IMG/VR virus record: IMGVR_UViG_3300046542_000271
Coordinates: 48,422-112,421 of that record
From: a virus
DNA: 64,000 nucleotides
Reading direction: 5' to 3' (one strand)
Below the pieces are notes generated by a model. The model was not told the DNA's origin. It saw only the letters and a program-made list of their open reading frames with translations, and made no database searches. Positions 37,696 through 47,750 of the stretch are shown here, piece after piece. Position 1 is the stretch's first letter. Each line of letters begins with the position of its first letter. Both the position numbers and the translations under genes were made by a program.

Positions 37696-38388
37696 TTACG
37701 GCGTCAGATCTTCGATCTGTTGCTTCAACGCCAGGATCTCCGCATCGCGGTCGGCGATGGTTTGAGCCTGTTGTCCGATAACGATTTCCTGCTGATCAAT
37801 CAACTTGGTCAGGTCATCGATGTAGCCGTTGGCCTTATCGAGTTGTTCCTGCAACGCCAGCTTCTCAACGAAGTCGGTGGACTTGTTAACGAGTGCGGCA
37901 TCCCGTACAGCTTTCGCTTCCAGGTAAGCTGCCTCTGTCACCGAGTCAGTTGTAGGCGCAGTCGAGATGGTCACAGTCGATTGCACGCCCGTGTATTCTG
38001 ACACAGCCGCCGCTACCGTTTGTTGCATCCGAGTCAGGTCGTAGGTATCCGGAAGAATCCCACAGCTGACAGTGCACACGATCCACGAGTGTGGAACGAT
38101 GGACATGTTCGGGTATTCCAGAATGTACGTATCTGGAATGTGGAGCGGAGGACGGACGGAAGACAGCAGGGTGATAACCTGCGCACCCTCGATCATGTCC
38201 TGGTTGTAATCAGCCTGACCCATCCCGACTGGGACGTACACTTGCGTCAGTGGATCGATCTTGGCAGCGATCAGTTCCTCATAGGTCCGGACAGCACCTA
38301 CCCAGTAAACGGCGGCTGCCGACACTACGTAAGGACTGCGGACCTTGAAGAGGCCTTTCGCTCCAATAGGTGGAGTGATTCTGGCCAT
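37696..38388 (-). CDS. Conserved phiKZ-like protein with C-terminal coiled coil
   Basis: TPPIG.KG.F....PY and IPDTYI..YP motifs. Heptad-rich C-terminus. Confidence 0.65.
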   Translation of the reverse strand: MARITPPIGAKGLFKVRSPYVVSAAAVYWVGAVRTYEELIAAKIDPLTQVYVPVGMGQADYNQDMIEGAQVITLLSSVRPPLHIPDTYILEYPNMSIVPHSWIVCTVSCGILPDTYDLTRMQQTVAAAVSEYTGVQSTVTISTAPTTDSVTEAAYLEAKAVRDAALVNKSTDFVEKLALQEQLDKANGYIDDLTKLIDQQEIVIGQQAQTIADRDAEILALKQQIEDLTP

Positions 38389-38398
38389 GTCTTACCTC

Positions 38399-39706
38399 TT
38401 ACACGAGTGCGTCGAAGCTGGACTTGGTCACTACCAGGTACAGGAACTTCTGGTAGGTCTTGGAGAGGTACATGACACCGTCACGGACAGTCCGGTTGTA
38501 GCCGGTAGGTGGCGCTGTGGTAGGCGTCATCTCTTCAGCGAACTGAAGCATCTCCATGATCAACATCACTGCACCGCGCGTCAGCTCGGACATGCGCATG
38601 AAGTCGACATGAGTCGTCGGCACGTTCAACCAATCCGGGTGTTGCAGGATCAGCTGGTTCTTGCCATCACGGTTCTCAGGACCACCCACCACAATGCAAC
38701 GGACGGACTTGAATTGCGTAGGGCAATCGTTCGCCACGTTCTGGATGTGCGTGGGCGTGTACTTAACGCCCTTGCAGACCAACTTTGCTTTTGCGATACC
38801 TGCCATCATGTTGCCCGCACCACGATAGATGCCGGATTCACGAGGACGTTCTGGTACAGCGAACTCATCCCAGATAGGAACGAAGATCAGTTCGGTGGAG
38901 GTGAAGATGTCTGGGAAGATAACTGCCCACTCTTCACGAGTGTGGGTGGAGTTAGCCAGGATCCAAGCCGCCAACGATTCCTTGGTGGCATCGAGGTTGT
39001 TACCGCCTTCACCCCAGAGCAGCGACATCCAGTCCACGGAGATCTTGAGGGTACGGTCAATCGGGTCAATCCAGTCGAATGGATCAACACGCAGACGAGT
39101 CTCAGGATCAGACTTGCGCAGGACGTCTACCTGAGAGATCGAGTCGCTCAAGGTACGGGCCGCAAGCTTGGGCTTGAGGTTCACGTAATCCAGGAAGAAG
39201 TCGTCGAGGTTGGTCAACGGCTTGACGTGGTTGAACTCGAACTCGTCGAACTGGTTGAAGAAGGCTGCTTCCGCAAACCAGATCTTCCAGCGGGTGGTCG
39301 TACCCTTCGGTGCGAACACGATGTAGGACGGACAATACTTGTTCGTGTCGAACAAGATCATCTCGCCGGTTTCGAGGAGGTCGTAGGTGGCAGCGTTGTC
39401 TGTGATCCACGCGTTCTTGACCGACAGGACGTCAGTGGTCAGCGTGCCGAGACGAGCCTTACCGTAGACCCAGTCGATGATCGCCAGGATCTTCAGCGCA
39501 TCCACATCCGGGAATTGCGTCTTGACGTCGTCGACGAAGTAGGAGAAACCACGCAACATGAAGCCTGGGTTAGCGCCGCTGGTGTGCTTGGTCTGATCGC
39601 GCGTGAAGGTCTGAGAGAGCGCTGAAAGCTCACCGACCGGTGCGTCCTTATGATCTCTGTTGTCGGCCAAAGTGCCGATGTGGGCGAACCCTTTAAAACT
39701 CTTCAC
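38399..39706 (-). CDS. Virion structural protein (phiKZ gp157-like)
   Basis: KGF...G.L.DN....APVGELS..S.TF and W..IFPDIF..TE..FVP.W motifs. Confidence 0.65.
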   Translation of the reverse strand: MKSFKGFAHIGTLADNRDHKDAPVGELSALSQTFTRDQTKHTSGANPGFMLRGFSYFVDDVKTQFPDVDALKILAIIDWVYGKARLGTLTTDVLSVKNAWITDNAATYDLLETGEMILFDTNKYCPSYIVFAPKGTTTRWKIWFAEAAFFNQFDEFEFNHVKPLTNLDDFFLDYVNLKPKLAARTLSDSISQVDVLRKSDPETRLRVDPFDWIDPIDRTLKISVDWMSLLWGEGGNNLDATKESLAAWILANSTHTREEWAVIFPDIFTSTELIFVPIWDEFAVPERPRESGIYRGAGNMMAGIAKAKLVCKGVKYTPTHIQNVANDCPTQFKSVRCIVVGGPENRDGKNQLILQHPDWLNVPTTHVDFMRMSELTRGAVMLIMEMLQFAEEMTPTTAPPTGYNRTVRDGVMYLSKTYQKFLYLVVTKSSFDALV

Positions 39707-39816
39707 GAATCACCTCTGAGCGCTACGGCAAAAGGTATGAACCAGGAACGTGTTCGAAACACGTACATTTGCTAAGAAGACATAGTATTTTTTAGACGCC
39801 CTAAAGGAGTCCAGAT

Positions 39817-40239
39817 GTGTCCGTTCTCTACACGATACTACTGATACTGAAATCACTCTTTCCGTTTCTGAAAGAGATCGTGTTGAAGGACAAAGGTGTT
39901 AGAGAGTTGTTGCTTTCTAATAAGGCTGCTACGGGACTGGCAGCCTGTTTGTTGGTAATGTTCGTTCTGTTCTACTATGTCAAAGTCGTGGCTGACCTCA
40001 CCCATGCCAAGAACACCAAGCTGACGACCGAGATCGTGGAACTCAAGAAAACAAACTCTGACCAGACTCTCTTGATCAGTGTATTAGAAGGTCGCCTCAA
40101 AGCGCGGCCCGCAACTCCTGCCCCCACAACACCGCATCCTTCACCACCCGAACGTCCAACCGCCGCCCAGCCTCCGAAACAAAAGGGAAAACCATCCCTG
40201 CGAGATTACGCAATCGGAAAGCTCAAGGCGATAGATTAA
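39817..40239 (+). CDS. Putative inner-membrane spanin (Rz-like)
   Basis: Hydrophobic TM segment(s), then a coiled coil and a Pro-rich linker. Directly upstream of a lipoprotein. Confidence 0.55.
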   Translation: MSVLYTILLILKSLFPFLKEIVLKDKGVRELLLSNKAATGLAACLLVMFVLFYYVKVVADLTHAKNTKLTTEIVELKKTNSDQTLLISVLEGRLKARPATPAPTTPHPSPPERPTAAQPPKQKGKPSLRDYAIGKLKAID

Positions 40240-40249
40240 GGCCCACCAA

Positions 40250-40552
40250 ATGATACACCCAAAACAACTCTTACTCTGCACGACCTTCATGTTGGGGTCG
40301 TGTGTACCACTCACACCTCCCCAGCCTTCTATCGTGATCTACAATACGATCGAGGCGAAGGCGGATCATGAGAAACCTCGTCTTGTGGTGACCTGTCAGT
40401 CAGGTGGGACCTACATCATCCCAGACAAGCCCATACTCGACGATCTTCAGGACGATGATGACCAGGGTGTGGTCGACCGACTCAATGAACACATTGACTT
40501 TCTTCGCGATGAATTGAAAGCTCTTGCCGCCAAAGGGAAGTGCGGTGAGTAA
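40250..40552 (+). CDS. Putative outer-membrane lipoprotein spanin (Rz1-like)
   Basis: Lipobox LGSC at residue 18, followed by a Pro-rich segment. Confidence 0.6.
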   Translation: MIHPKQLLLCTTFMLGSCVPLTPPQPSIVIYNTIEAKADHEKPRLVVTCQSGGTYIIPDKPILDDLQDDDDQGVVDRLNEHIDFLRDELKALAAKGKCGE

Positions 40553-40580
40553 GTTTTTACAGGGGCTTCTCATTGTGTAG
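40551..40580 (+). promoter_or_regulatory. Candidate middle promoter (TTTTTACA-N8-TCAT)
   Basis: Same motif as 13135-13154, upstream of RNase H. Confidence 0.45.
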
Positions 40581-40613
40581 GAATTATACTGATAACCTAC
40601 TGGATAAAAGTGC

Positions 40614-42092
40614 ATGACTACTGAAACAATGGCGAGTAGTGCCATCGTCTATTGCGATGCTGGGTACCTGATGCACACCCGGCATGCGGGTTGGGGCGTT
40701 CACGCTTACATCTTCACCAATGAGGAGCCCAAGCGTGGTACAGGTAATCCGAAGGTTGTTCCGACGGCGCTTGGTTATCAGTTCGACGGTTCGACTGCTC
40801 CTAAAGTGACAGTCACGAACTACCACGACCTCACTGGCGGCAACATGGTCATGGGGAGTAACAACGAAGCCGAACTGTGGGCGTTGTACGAAGCCCTCAA
40901 GTGGCTCGAGACACGTCCTGAACTCAAGACGGTCAAGATCTTCTCCGATTCCCGTTTCGTTGTGCAAGGCACAACTCAATGGGTGGACAAGTGGGCTAAG
41001 CGTGGCTGGGTTGGTTCCACTGGCGAACCGATCAAGTACCGTCCTACTTGGGAGAAGGTGAAAGACCTCTTCGAGAAGATGACGGCTCGCTGCGAGACTC
41101 TGACCCTGGAATGGATCAAAGGCCACAATGGCCATCCAGGTAATGATCGTGCGGACACGCTGGCTACTCGTGGTCTGGCCTTGTCTCAGAAGAAACTCGA
41201 CGATATCCGTGAAGAGCGTGATGCTGCTGGCTACTGGAATCAGAAGTCGGAAGTCCCACGTATTCTTCAGGCACCTCGTTGGTACTTCTCCACCACGGAA
41301 AAAGACTTCGTGGAAGAAGACACTGGCCATCACGTTTACTACGTGGGGACGCACGGCACCAAGGATAAGGAAGATGACCTGCCGGGCAAGCGGTATGCGG
41401 ACAACTTCCTGGGTGTATGCTTGGTGACTGAGCCTGACCCGATCATGGAAGCATTGCGCAAAAGCGCGATCAAGCGCGATTCTGTCGAGCGTGGTCGTCT
41501 GATGATTGGCCACCTCGATACGATCTTCTCTGCACGGATCTACAACGAAGTTCGGACCTACGGGACCACCTTCTTGTTTGAAGGACAGGAACGGCTCGAC
41601 ACCGTCAATAGCGACAAGACACCGGTAATGGTTGAGCAGACTCCAGTGGGCCTGGGTTTCCGGAAAGCCAGTGTTTGGCAGTCACTCCGTAAGACGTTGA
41701 AAAACATACGGAATGGCGACAAGTACTTTGTCCTCACTGAGATTACCGACCTAATCTATGAGGATAAGGACACTAAGGGCAACCGTAAACTGAAACCCCT
41801 CGTGACTCAAATCACGAAGTATATCGATGTGAAGCCCGTTTTCAACCTCGAGAAAGAGAATGCTGAACCAAAGCCGTACGAAGCCAAGGTTCGATTAATC
41901 CTAGGTAGCGACATTATCTCCCGTAACCAGCTGGCGGCACTCGGTCCTGACGTGAAGAGCGTTAAGGTCGTGACTTGGCGCGAGTCGGACAAGGTTGGGC
42001 GGTATGCTACCATGGTGGAGCTGGAGAATGGAGACGTGGGTCTGTGGGCGCGCTTCGAATCCAACATCCACTACGCGATTGATCGGGCGTAA
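40614..42092 (+). CDS. rnhA: Ribonuclease HI with phiKZ-type C-terminal extension (gp155-like)
   Basis: YCDAG, NNEAEL, FSDS and WIKGHNGHPGNDRAD.LA catalytic motifs. Confidence 0.9.
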   Translation: MTTETMASSAIVYCDAGYLMHTRHAGWGVHAYIFTNEEPKRGTGNPKVVPTALGYQFDGSTAPKVTVTNYHDLTGGNMVMGSNNEAELWALYEALKWLETRPELKTVKIFSDSRFVVQGTTQWVDKWAKRGWVGSTGEPIKYRPTWEKVKDLFEKMTARCETLTLEWIKGHNGHPGNDRADTLATRGLALSQKKLDDIREERDAAGYWNQKSEVPRILQAPRWYFSTTEKDFVEEDTGHHVYYVGTHGTKDKEDDLPGKRYADNFLGVCLVTEPDPIMEALRKSAIKRDSVERGRLMIGHLDTIFSARIYNEVRTYGTTFLFEGQERLDTVNSDKTPVMVEQTPVGLGFRKASVWQSLRKTLKNIRNGDKYFVLTEITDLIYEDKDTKGNRKLKPLVTQITKYIDVKPVFNLEKENAEPKPYEAKVRLILGSDIISRNQLAALGPDVKSVKVVTWRESDKVGRYATMVELENGDVGLWARFESNIHYAIDRA

Positions 42093-42123
42093 CTGAAACC
42101 CGATAACCCGTAGGTATTCCCAT

Positions 42124-42546
42124 ATGTCCGGCAATGTTATTGCGTCATCGCAAGAATCCCTGCCATCTTGCCCCCACGCGAGAAATACTGTCTGTGACAA
42201 GAACACAGTGCACTGTCGTGTTCGTAGGCTTATTGTCGTAGCGTCGTTGTATTTCAAGCTGAAAGGCGTCAAGAATCCATCCCCGACCGAAATGGATACC
42301 GTGAATACTCAGCTGCACTTGGCATGTTCTGCAAGTGCTCTGATGCTTCCCGCTGCCATCGCTGGTTGGATATGGAGAAAGAACTCCTCCCAACAACTGG
42401 TCGAGCAATTCCAGAAAGGGGAGGTAGATCTCAGCACGCTGTCTAATGGACTGACCTCGATGTTACCACGCTGGTTTCAGTACGGTGACGGTTCCACCTT
42501 CGCGATGGATGTGAGAGCGGTACTTGACTGTTTGCGGACAGCATAA
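42124..42546 (+). CDS. Hypothetical protein
   Basis: ORF between RNase H and a terminator. Start uncertain. Confidence 0.55.
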   Translation: MSGNVIASSQESLPSCPHARNTVCDKNTVHCRVRRLIVVASLYFKLKGVKNPSPTEMDTVNTQLHLACSASALMLPAAIAGWIWRKNSSQQLVEQFQKGEVDLSTLSNGLTSMLPRWFQYGDGSTFAMDVRAVLDCLRTA

Positions 42547-42592
42547 AGGAATGAGACCACCTGGGGCGTCAAACCCCAGGTGGTTTGTGCTG
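42541..42592. terminator. Bidirectional terminator with GCATA flank
   Basis: ACCACCTGGGG-CGTCAAA-CCCCAGGTGGT between convergent genes. Confidence 0.75.
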
Positions 42593-42593
42593 C

Positions 42594-43445
42594 TTACGCT
42601 TCGATTGCTTCGCCAACCATCTTAGCGAGGCATTGGGTCAGCTCTTGCACACCGGTGACCACAACAGCCGCTGCCGATACAGTAGTAGCGAAACCGTAGA
42701 TCATGGTGGACAGGCCGGAAGCTGTAGCACCGGAGACATCACCGTCACCACTGCCTTCGATTTCCTTCTGGACGTGAACGATCAGCTCAGCCAGGCGAGT
42801 GGTCTTCTTGTCAATGCCTGCCCAGTCCACACGAGCGCAGCGCTGGTTCAGCAGGTTGACTTCACGGTAGATCGATTCGATCTCACCACCGTTGTCGATG
42901 ACGTCAGCCAGACGCGCCACGGTCTTGCCGTGGTTGCCGCAGTAGGCACGCAGGGCGTTGAAATCAGCCGCAGGCATAGGTTTGATCAGCGCTTCGAGCT
43001 GGCGAAGGCTGCTCTGGGCTTTCATGCGATCTGGATCACCGGCCAGTTGGGCCAGTTGTACACTTGCTGCACCGATGGTCTTCTCCAACGCTTCCACGTA
43101 GGTCAAGGCAGAAGCAAGAGACCGGATATAGTCTATGTACTTACCTTGAAATCCGAGAGGAATCGAGACGACTTTTTGCCCGATGCTGCGATAGCCTTCG
43201 GCATTAGCGTACTCGGTGAGTTTACCTGGGATGACAGTGACCGGCTTGAAGTTGCCGACTTTGGAGCTGGTGAGGAATGTCGCCGCACGACCAACGAACG
43301 CACTGAACTGCGAACGGGCGTCGTCGATGAAGGCCATCACTTTACTTTCTTGTGAAAAGTTACTGGCGGTAGACATGAGATAGTCAACATTACTGTGCAT
43401 CTCACTGCTAACGAGTTCTTTAAGGAAGGCGTTTTCTTTGGACAC
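42594..43445 (-). CDS. Virion (probable head) protein, phiKZ gp153-like
   Basis: GTG start with SD GAGGGG. P.GF.G.YIDY...L motif. SQE prohead-protease-type site. Divergent from uvsX. Confidence 0.55.
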   Translation of the reverse strand: MSKENAFLKELVSSEMHSNVDYLMSTASNFSQESKVMAFIDDARSQFSAFVGRAATFLTSSKVGNFKPVTVIPGKLTEYANAEGYRSIGQKVVSIPLGFQGKYIDYIRSLASALTYVEALEKTIGAASVQLAQLAGDPDRMKAQSSLRQLEALIKPMPAADFNALRAYCGNHGKTVARLADVIDNGGEIESIYREVNLLNQRCARVDWAGIDKKTTRLAELIVHVQKEIEGSGDGDVSGATASGLSTMIYGFATTVSAAAVVVTGVQELTQCLAKMVGEAIEA

Positions 43446-43530
43446 GTTTTCGTCCCCTCGGTTGATTGGGTAGGGTGTATAAGTTCTGCACGGTCCGCTT
43501 ATCGTGCTACATATCAAACCGGAGCAATAT

Positions 43531-44970
43531 ATGTTTAAAGCCGCATGGAAGAAACCTGCTGCACCGTTCTATCCCATGCCGAACACGGGAACCATTCTCG
43601 ACGTCTCGGCCGGTAACTGGGTCAAGGGTCATAAAGGCCAGATGATCCTGAACGGTGGCTTGGCACCTTTCTCCTGCATCGCTGCTTTGCCGAACATGTT
43701 CAAGTCCACTATCGCCGCCGGTTATGGCGGTGCTATGCTACGGGCTTTCTCGGCGAGTGTGATGCACGTACATGATACTGAGACGACCATCGTCCAGGAA
43801 CGTGTAGAACGTATCGTGCGACTGTCCATGGGCTTGCCTCTGCCTGGCTTCCCAGTACCTGAATCGCTGATCGCTAAAGACCGTATCTTCTTCACCTCGT
43901 CGGTCGACTACAACGGTACCGAGCTGTTCAACGTTCTGAAAGAATTCGCTAAGAAGCGTCTGAAAGAAGAACCGCGTGTACAGCTGGAACTGATCGACAC
44001 CGGCACCGGCAAGCCGTACGAGTACTTCGTACCGTTGCTCGAGTTCTGGGATTCCCTGTCCGGTCTCAAGGCTGAATCGGCCGTTGAAATGCTGGCAGAA
44101 GGTAGTGTCGGTACCTCCGAACTGAACATGTTGGCCATGCGTGTCAACAGCGGTAAATCGCAGATCGTCGAGCAAGCGCCAGACCTCACGGCGAAGCACG
44201 GTATCTATCTATTGAGCACGGCGCATGTTGGTCAACAGTACCAGCTCGATCCGCGCAAGCCGAACATCAAGACGCTCAACCACCTCAAAGGCGACGTGAA
44301 GCTAAAACGCGTGCCTGAGAACCTGAGCTTCCAGACCGGTAACTGTTATGCAATCACGCACTACACCCAAATGCAGGAAAAGGGTGTGGCCGAATTCCCG
44401 TACGAGCCTGGTGATGAAACCAAGCAAGCGGATCTGATCGAACTGAAGCTCACCAACATGCGTGGGAAGTACGGTCCGTCGGGTATTCCGCTGCCGATCA
44501 TCGTCAGTCAGAAGGAAGGTTGGCTGCCGTACATGTCCAACTTCATTTACCTCCTGCGCGAAGCTGGTCGTTATGGTTTGACAGGGAACGTTCAAAACTA
44601 CGCGTTGGCACTTTATCCCGACATGGCAATCCGTCGGACCAACGTACGCAAGAAGCTGCGCGAATCGTTTGCTGCTCAGCGCGCGGCGCAGATCCTTATG
44701 GAGATGCACTGGACATTCACGTACCGTACGGATATCGATGATTCCTATCACTGCGAACCAGAAGCACTGTACAACGAAATCAAGGCCATGGGCTACGATT
44801 GGGAACTGCTCTTGAACACTCGCTTCTGGCATACGACTGTCGAAGAAGGTGAGAAGGTGCCTTTCCTGTCTACCCTGGATATCCTCCGTATGCGGGTTGG
44901 TAAATACCACCCGTACTGGTACCCAAAATCACGTAAAGAAATGGGCTTGCCTGAAATCATCGCTGACTAA
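43531..44970 (+). CDS. uvsX: UvsX/RecA-like recombinase (phiKZ gp152-like)
   Basis: PNMFKST Walker A variant, HDTE, and WDSLS Walker B region. Long phiKZ-type C-terminus. Confidence 0.8.
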   Translation: MFKAAWKKPAAPFYPMPNTGTILDVSAGNWVKGHKGQMILNGGLAPFSCIAALPNMFKSTIAAGYGGAMLRAFSASVMHVHDTETTIVQERVERIVRLSMGLPLPGFPVPESLIAKDRIFFTSSVDYNGTELFNVLKEFAKKRLKEEPRVQLELIDTGTGKPYEYFVPLLEFWDSLSGLKAESAVEMLAEGSVGTSELNMLAMRVNSGKSQIVEQAPDLTAKHGIYLLSTAHVGQQYQLDPRKPNIKTLNHLKGDVKLKRVPENLSFQTGNCYAITHYTQMQEKGVAEFPYEPGDETKQADLIELKLTNMRGKYGPSGIPLPIIVSQKEGWLPYMSNFIYLLREAGRYGLTGNVQNYALALYPDMAIRRTNVRKKLRESFAAQRAAQILMEMHWTFTYRTDIDDSYHCEPEALYNEIKAMGYDWELLLNTRFWHTTVEEGEKVPFLSTLDILRMRVGKYHPYWYPKSRKEMGLPEIIAD

Positions 44971-45007
44971 GCGGTGCAGGTGAGTCATTCCACAAGGAAT
45001 TGCTGTC

Positions 45008-45277
45008 ATGACCCACCTGTCCCAAGAAGTTGAAGACCTGCTCAGTGAAAACAAGCAGGCACTCGGCGATGTGTTCCGTGCTACTTTCAGGAACACCCAC
45101 GGCGATGAAATGGTTTCGCTCAACAAGTACTTTCGTATCGAGCTGAGCAAAGCCCCGGTACCGACCCTCGACGAGCGTGAATGCTTGATCGATGATCTGA
45201 CACCGGCGCAGTGGCTGAAGTACTTCCAGGGTCATGTTCTTCCGACGCTGGTCCGCTTCAATCTCCCTTCGGCGTAA
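45008..45277 (+). CDS. Small hypothetical protein
   Basis: SD AAGGA. 89 aa. Confidence 0.65.
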   Translation: MTHLSQEVEDLLSENKQALGDVFRATFRNTHGDEMVSLNKYFRIELSKAPVPTLDERECLIDDLTPAQWLKYFQGHVLPTLVRFNLPSA

Positions 45278-45354
45278 GTCGTTGCATCGTGACGTATCGT
45301 GGCTGGCCAATGTCAGCCACGTATATGCTGTAAGTGCAACCAAAGGGTGATCCC

Positions 45355-46101
45355 GTGAACGCTAAACGTGAGAAAGTAACCAAGTTCATCTTGGACAACA
45401 TCGCCAAGATTATTCCTGGCGACAAGACAAACCCTGACCTGCTTGCGGCTAAGTTCGCAGCCATGTCGGATAAGGACTTCGAAGCGTACATCCGTCGCCT
45501 GGGTCCAGCCGAAACTCCGGAAGAGATCAAGAACCGGGAGATGCTCCCGTTTTATGTTCCTAACCTCGGTAAGGCACGTATCTCCATCGCTCGTAACTTC
45601 CAACTGGTGCGCAGCCTCGGCAAGAGCCTGACTCACCGCTTGGTCATGACGGACGGTGCGACCGGTTTGCAATACGTAACACCTCACCCTTACCCGGTGC
45701 TTGACCTGCCCGTGCGTCGTCAGGCGCAGACAGTCGTCAAGAAGCGTTCGATCCCTGAACACAACCAGCGTATCGACGACCTCACCAACCAACCGACCAG
45801 CCAATCCAAGGGTAGCCGTGTCTCGGCGCCTGAACTCAGCTCGTTGTCTTCTCGTGGCCTTGACCGGACCATCATGGAGAAGATCAAAGTGCGGGGTGGT
45901 GACGAAGCCGCTTATCGTGAGATGCGTCGTCAGTTGGTGGAGAACGGCGAATGTACGCTGGAACAAGTGTCGGGTCTGGGTAATGCCAAATCCATCGACA
46001 CTATGTCCGTGTTCTTCAACTGCATGCACCTGGGTAACAACCTGAAACCTGGCACGCCTGTCCCTGAGGATGCATTTGCTCCGGGCACGGCTAAACCGTA
46101 A
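45355..46101 (+). CDS. Virion RNA polymerase beta-like C-terminal subunit (phiKZ gp149-like)
   Basis: RRQ.Q...KK.S, D.LT.QPT..SKGSRVS.PE (beta QP..G...G.R.GEME equivalent) and KVRGGD. Confidence 0.8.
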   Translation: MNAKREKVTKFILDNIAKIIPGDKTNPDLLAAKFAAMSDKDFEAYIRRLGPAETPEEIKNREMLPFYVPNLGKARISIARNFQLVRSLGKSLTHRLVMTDGATGLQYVTPHPYPVLDLPVRRQAQTVVKKRSIPEHNQRIDDLTNQPTSQSKGSRVSAPELSSLSSRGLDRTIMEKIKVRGGDEAAYREMRRQLVENGECTLEQVSGLGNAKSIDTMSVFFNCMHLGNNLKPGTPVPEDAFAPGTAKP

Positions 46102-46109
46102 GGACGTTT

Positions 46110-46595
46110 ATGCAAAAGCCCAATGACATCACTGTGGCCGATTCGATTCTCGCTCGTTTCACAGAACCATCCGGCAACGAAGGGTACATCCGTGCCGCTA
46201 AGCTGCTGTTGCTGATTCGCAGTATCGTCTGGCGTAACTCGATCACCACTGAAGCCGGTGGGATTCGTGTATGGAAGAAGCTCTCTGCCGAACAGTTCGA
46301 CATGGAGTGGATCATCGAGATGGTGAACGAATACGTTTACCTGATCGGCATGACTACCCTCCAGACGGATGTCGCTCAGCGTCAAGCAGAATCCATGGCG
46401 TGGCTGAAGAACGCCCAAGGCATTCCGAGTGAGAACAAGCAGTTGAGTCAAACTGCTGGAGAGATCCAAGACGGACTGGGCAAGAACCCTCTCCTGATGT
46501 TCCTCTACTCGCTGTCGATGGGACAGTACAACAAGCGTCTGTCTGACCTGGGCATTGAACGCATTCTGGCCGGACAGAAACCGAAGAAGACATAA
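46110..46595 (+). CDS. Hypothetical protein
   Basis: SD AAGGA. Operon continuity. Confidence 0.7.
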   Translation: MQKPNDITVADSILARFTEPSGNEGYIRAAKLLLLIRSIVWRNSITTEAGGIRVWKKLSAEQFDMEWIIEMVNEYVYLIGMTTLQTDVAQRQAESMAWLKNAQGIPSENKQLSQTAGEIQDGLGKNPLLMFLYSLSMGQYNKRLSDLGIERILAGQKPKKT

Positions 46596-47411
46596 ATGGC
46601 CAATCAAAGAGCACTGATCGATATCGAGATGTTGCTTGATGTTCGCCACGCTACGGTCGTTCGCATGATGGGCGAAGAGGAAAAGGATGGGCTGGCAGAA
46701 GTGCTGGCCTCGACTGAGTACTACCGTTTCCGGCAACACGACAACTTCGAAAAAGCTACAGACGGCATGGTTACGTGGGATGCGTATCAGAAAGCGTTCG
46801 CTGAACGGAACGGTGATACTATTGCCTATGCGAAGATGACAGACTTTGTCTACCAGATTCGAATGGACATTAAGAAGGAGCTGCCAGCATTGGAGCGCGG
46901 TGTGGAGTTCGATGCATTGGACCTCTACATCAACTTCTATCCCTACGACGATCTAACGCAGGCTGAGCGGGACATCATCGTCAAGTGCATGCAGCATTAC
47001 ATGCCGCTGCCGACGCGTGTCTTTGGGGCGTACGTGCCCTGGAAGGATCTCACGGTGAAACGCTTCGAGCATCAGTTCGAGATGATCGCACTGTATGACG
47101 TCGAAGATTGGTTGAAGCACCACCAGCAAGAGTTGTTGCAGAATAAGATTCCCGAGAACGTGATCATGACCTCGCGCATTTCGCCGCTGGGTAAAGATCC
47201 TGTTCCCGAGAAAGGTGTCACTGACGTATTCGCGTGCCGCTCCGGCGTGTTACAAGAATGGGTATCCCTGATCCACGTTCCTACGTCTTGGGTGTGTTAC
47301 AACCAGGCTATGTTTCAGGCGATACATAATCGTCAATATTCAGAGCAAACTCGCCCTGATGGTCTTCACCCGGAACCAGCTCCACCTGGGGAAGAACTAC
47401 CCCTTCCGTAG
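46596..47411 (+). CDS. Conserved phiKZ-like hypothetical protein
   Basis: ID.E.LLD.R N-terminus and INFYPY motif. Confidence 0.7.
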   Translation: MANQRALIDIEMLLDVRHATVVRMMGEEEKDGLAEVLASTEYYRFRQHDNFEKATDGMVTWDAYQKAFAERNGDTIAYAKMTDFVYQIRMDIKKELPALERGVEFDALDLYINFYPYDDLTQAERDIIVKCMQHYMPLPTRVFGAYVPWKDLTVKRFEHQFEMIALYDVEDWLKHHQQELLQNKIPENVIMTSRISPLGKDPVPEKGVTDVFACRSGVLQEWVSLIHVPTSWVCYNQAMFQAIHNRQYSEQTRPDGLHPEPAPPGEELPLP

Positions 47412-47739
47412 GGTCGCGTCGACGTTGGACTGTTCCACCTTGGGTGAATGGATCCTTGCCGACCAAGCCGCGGAACTTGGCGTAGGCTTCAATGGCCACT
47501 CGTCCATCCTGTCTGCTGTCTTCCTGGATGTTCAGCTCACGCTGTGTAAGAGCCGAACGGTCCATGTCGCGCAGCAGGCTGGCGAGTTCCTTGTTGTCGC
47601 CAGAAATCTTCGCGCCGTGGTTGGTGAGGTCGCCCACCATCTGGTAGCGTAGGCGTTGCGTAAACTTTACAACTTCGCCGGGGTCCACGTCTCCCTGTTG
47701 GGCGACAAACACTTCACCTTCTAATACTTCACCAGACAT
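47308..47739 (-). CDS. Hypothetical protein
   Basis: SD AGGAG. L.DMDR.AL motif. Convergent overlap of ~100 nt with the previous gene. Confidence 0.6.
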   Translation of the reverse strand: MSGEVLEGEVFVAQQGDVDPGEVVKFTQRLRYQMVGDLTNHGAKISGDNKELASLLRDMDRSALTQRELNIQEDSRQDGRVAIEAYAKFRGLVGKDPFTQGGTVQRRRDPTEGVVLPQVELVPGEDHQGEFALNIDDYVSPET

Positions 47740-47750
47740 GGCTGTCTCCT

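Noticed and set aside
43670-43715. Non-canonical Walker A in UvsX (ALPNMFKST) as a sign of inactivation
   Set aside because: FKS/T in place of GKT is typical of phage UvsX proteins and is not evidence of a pseudogene.
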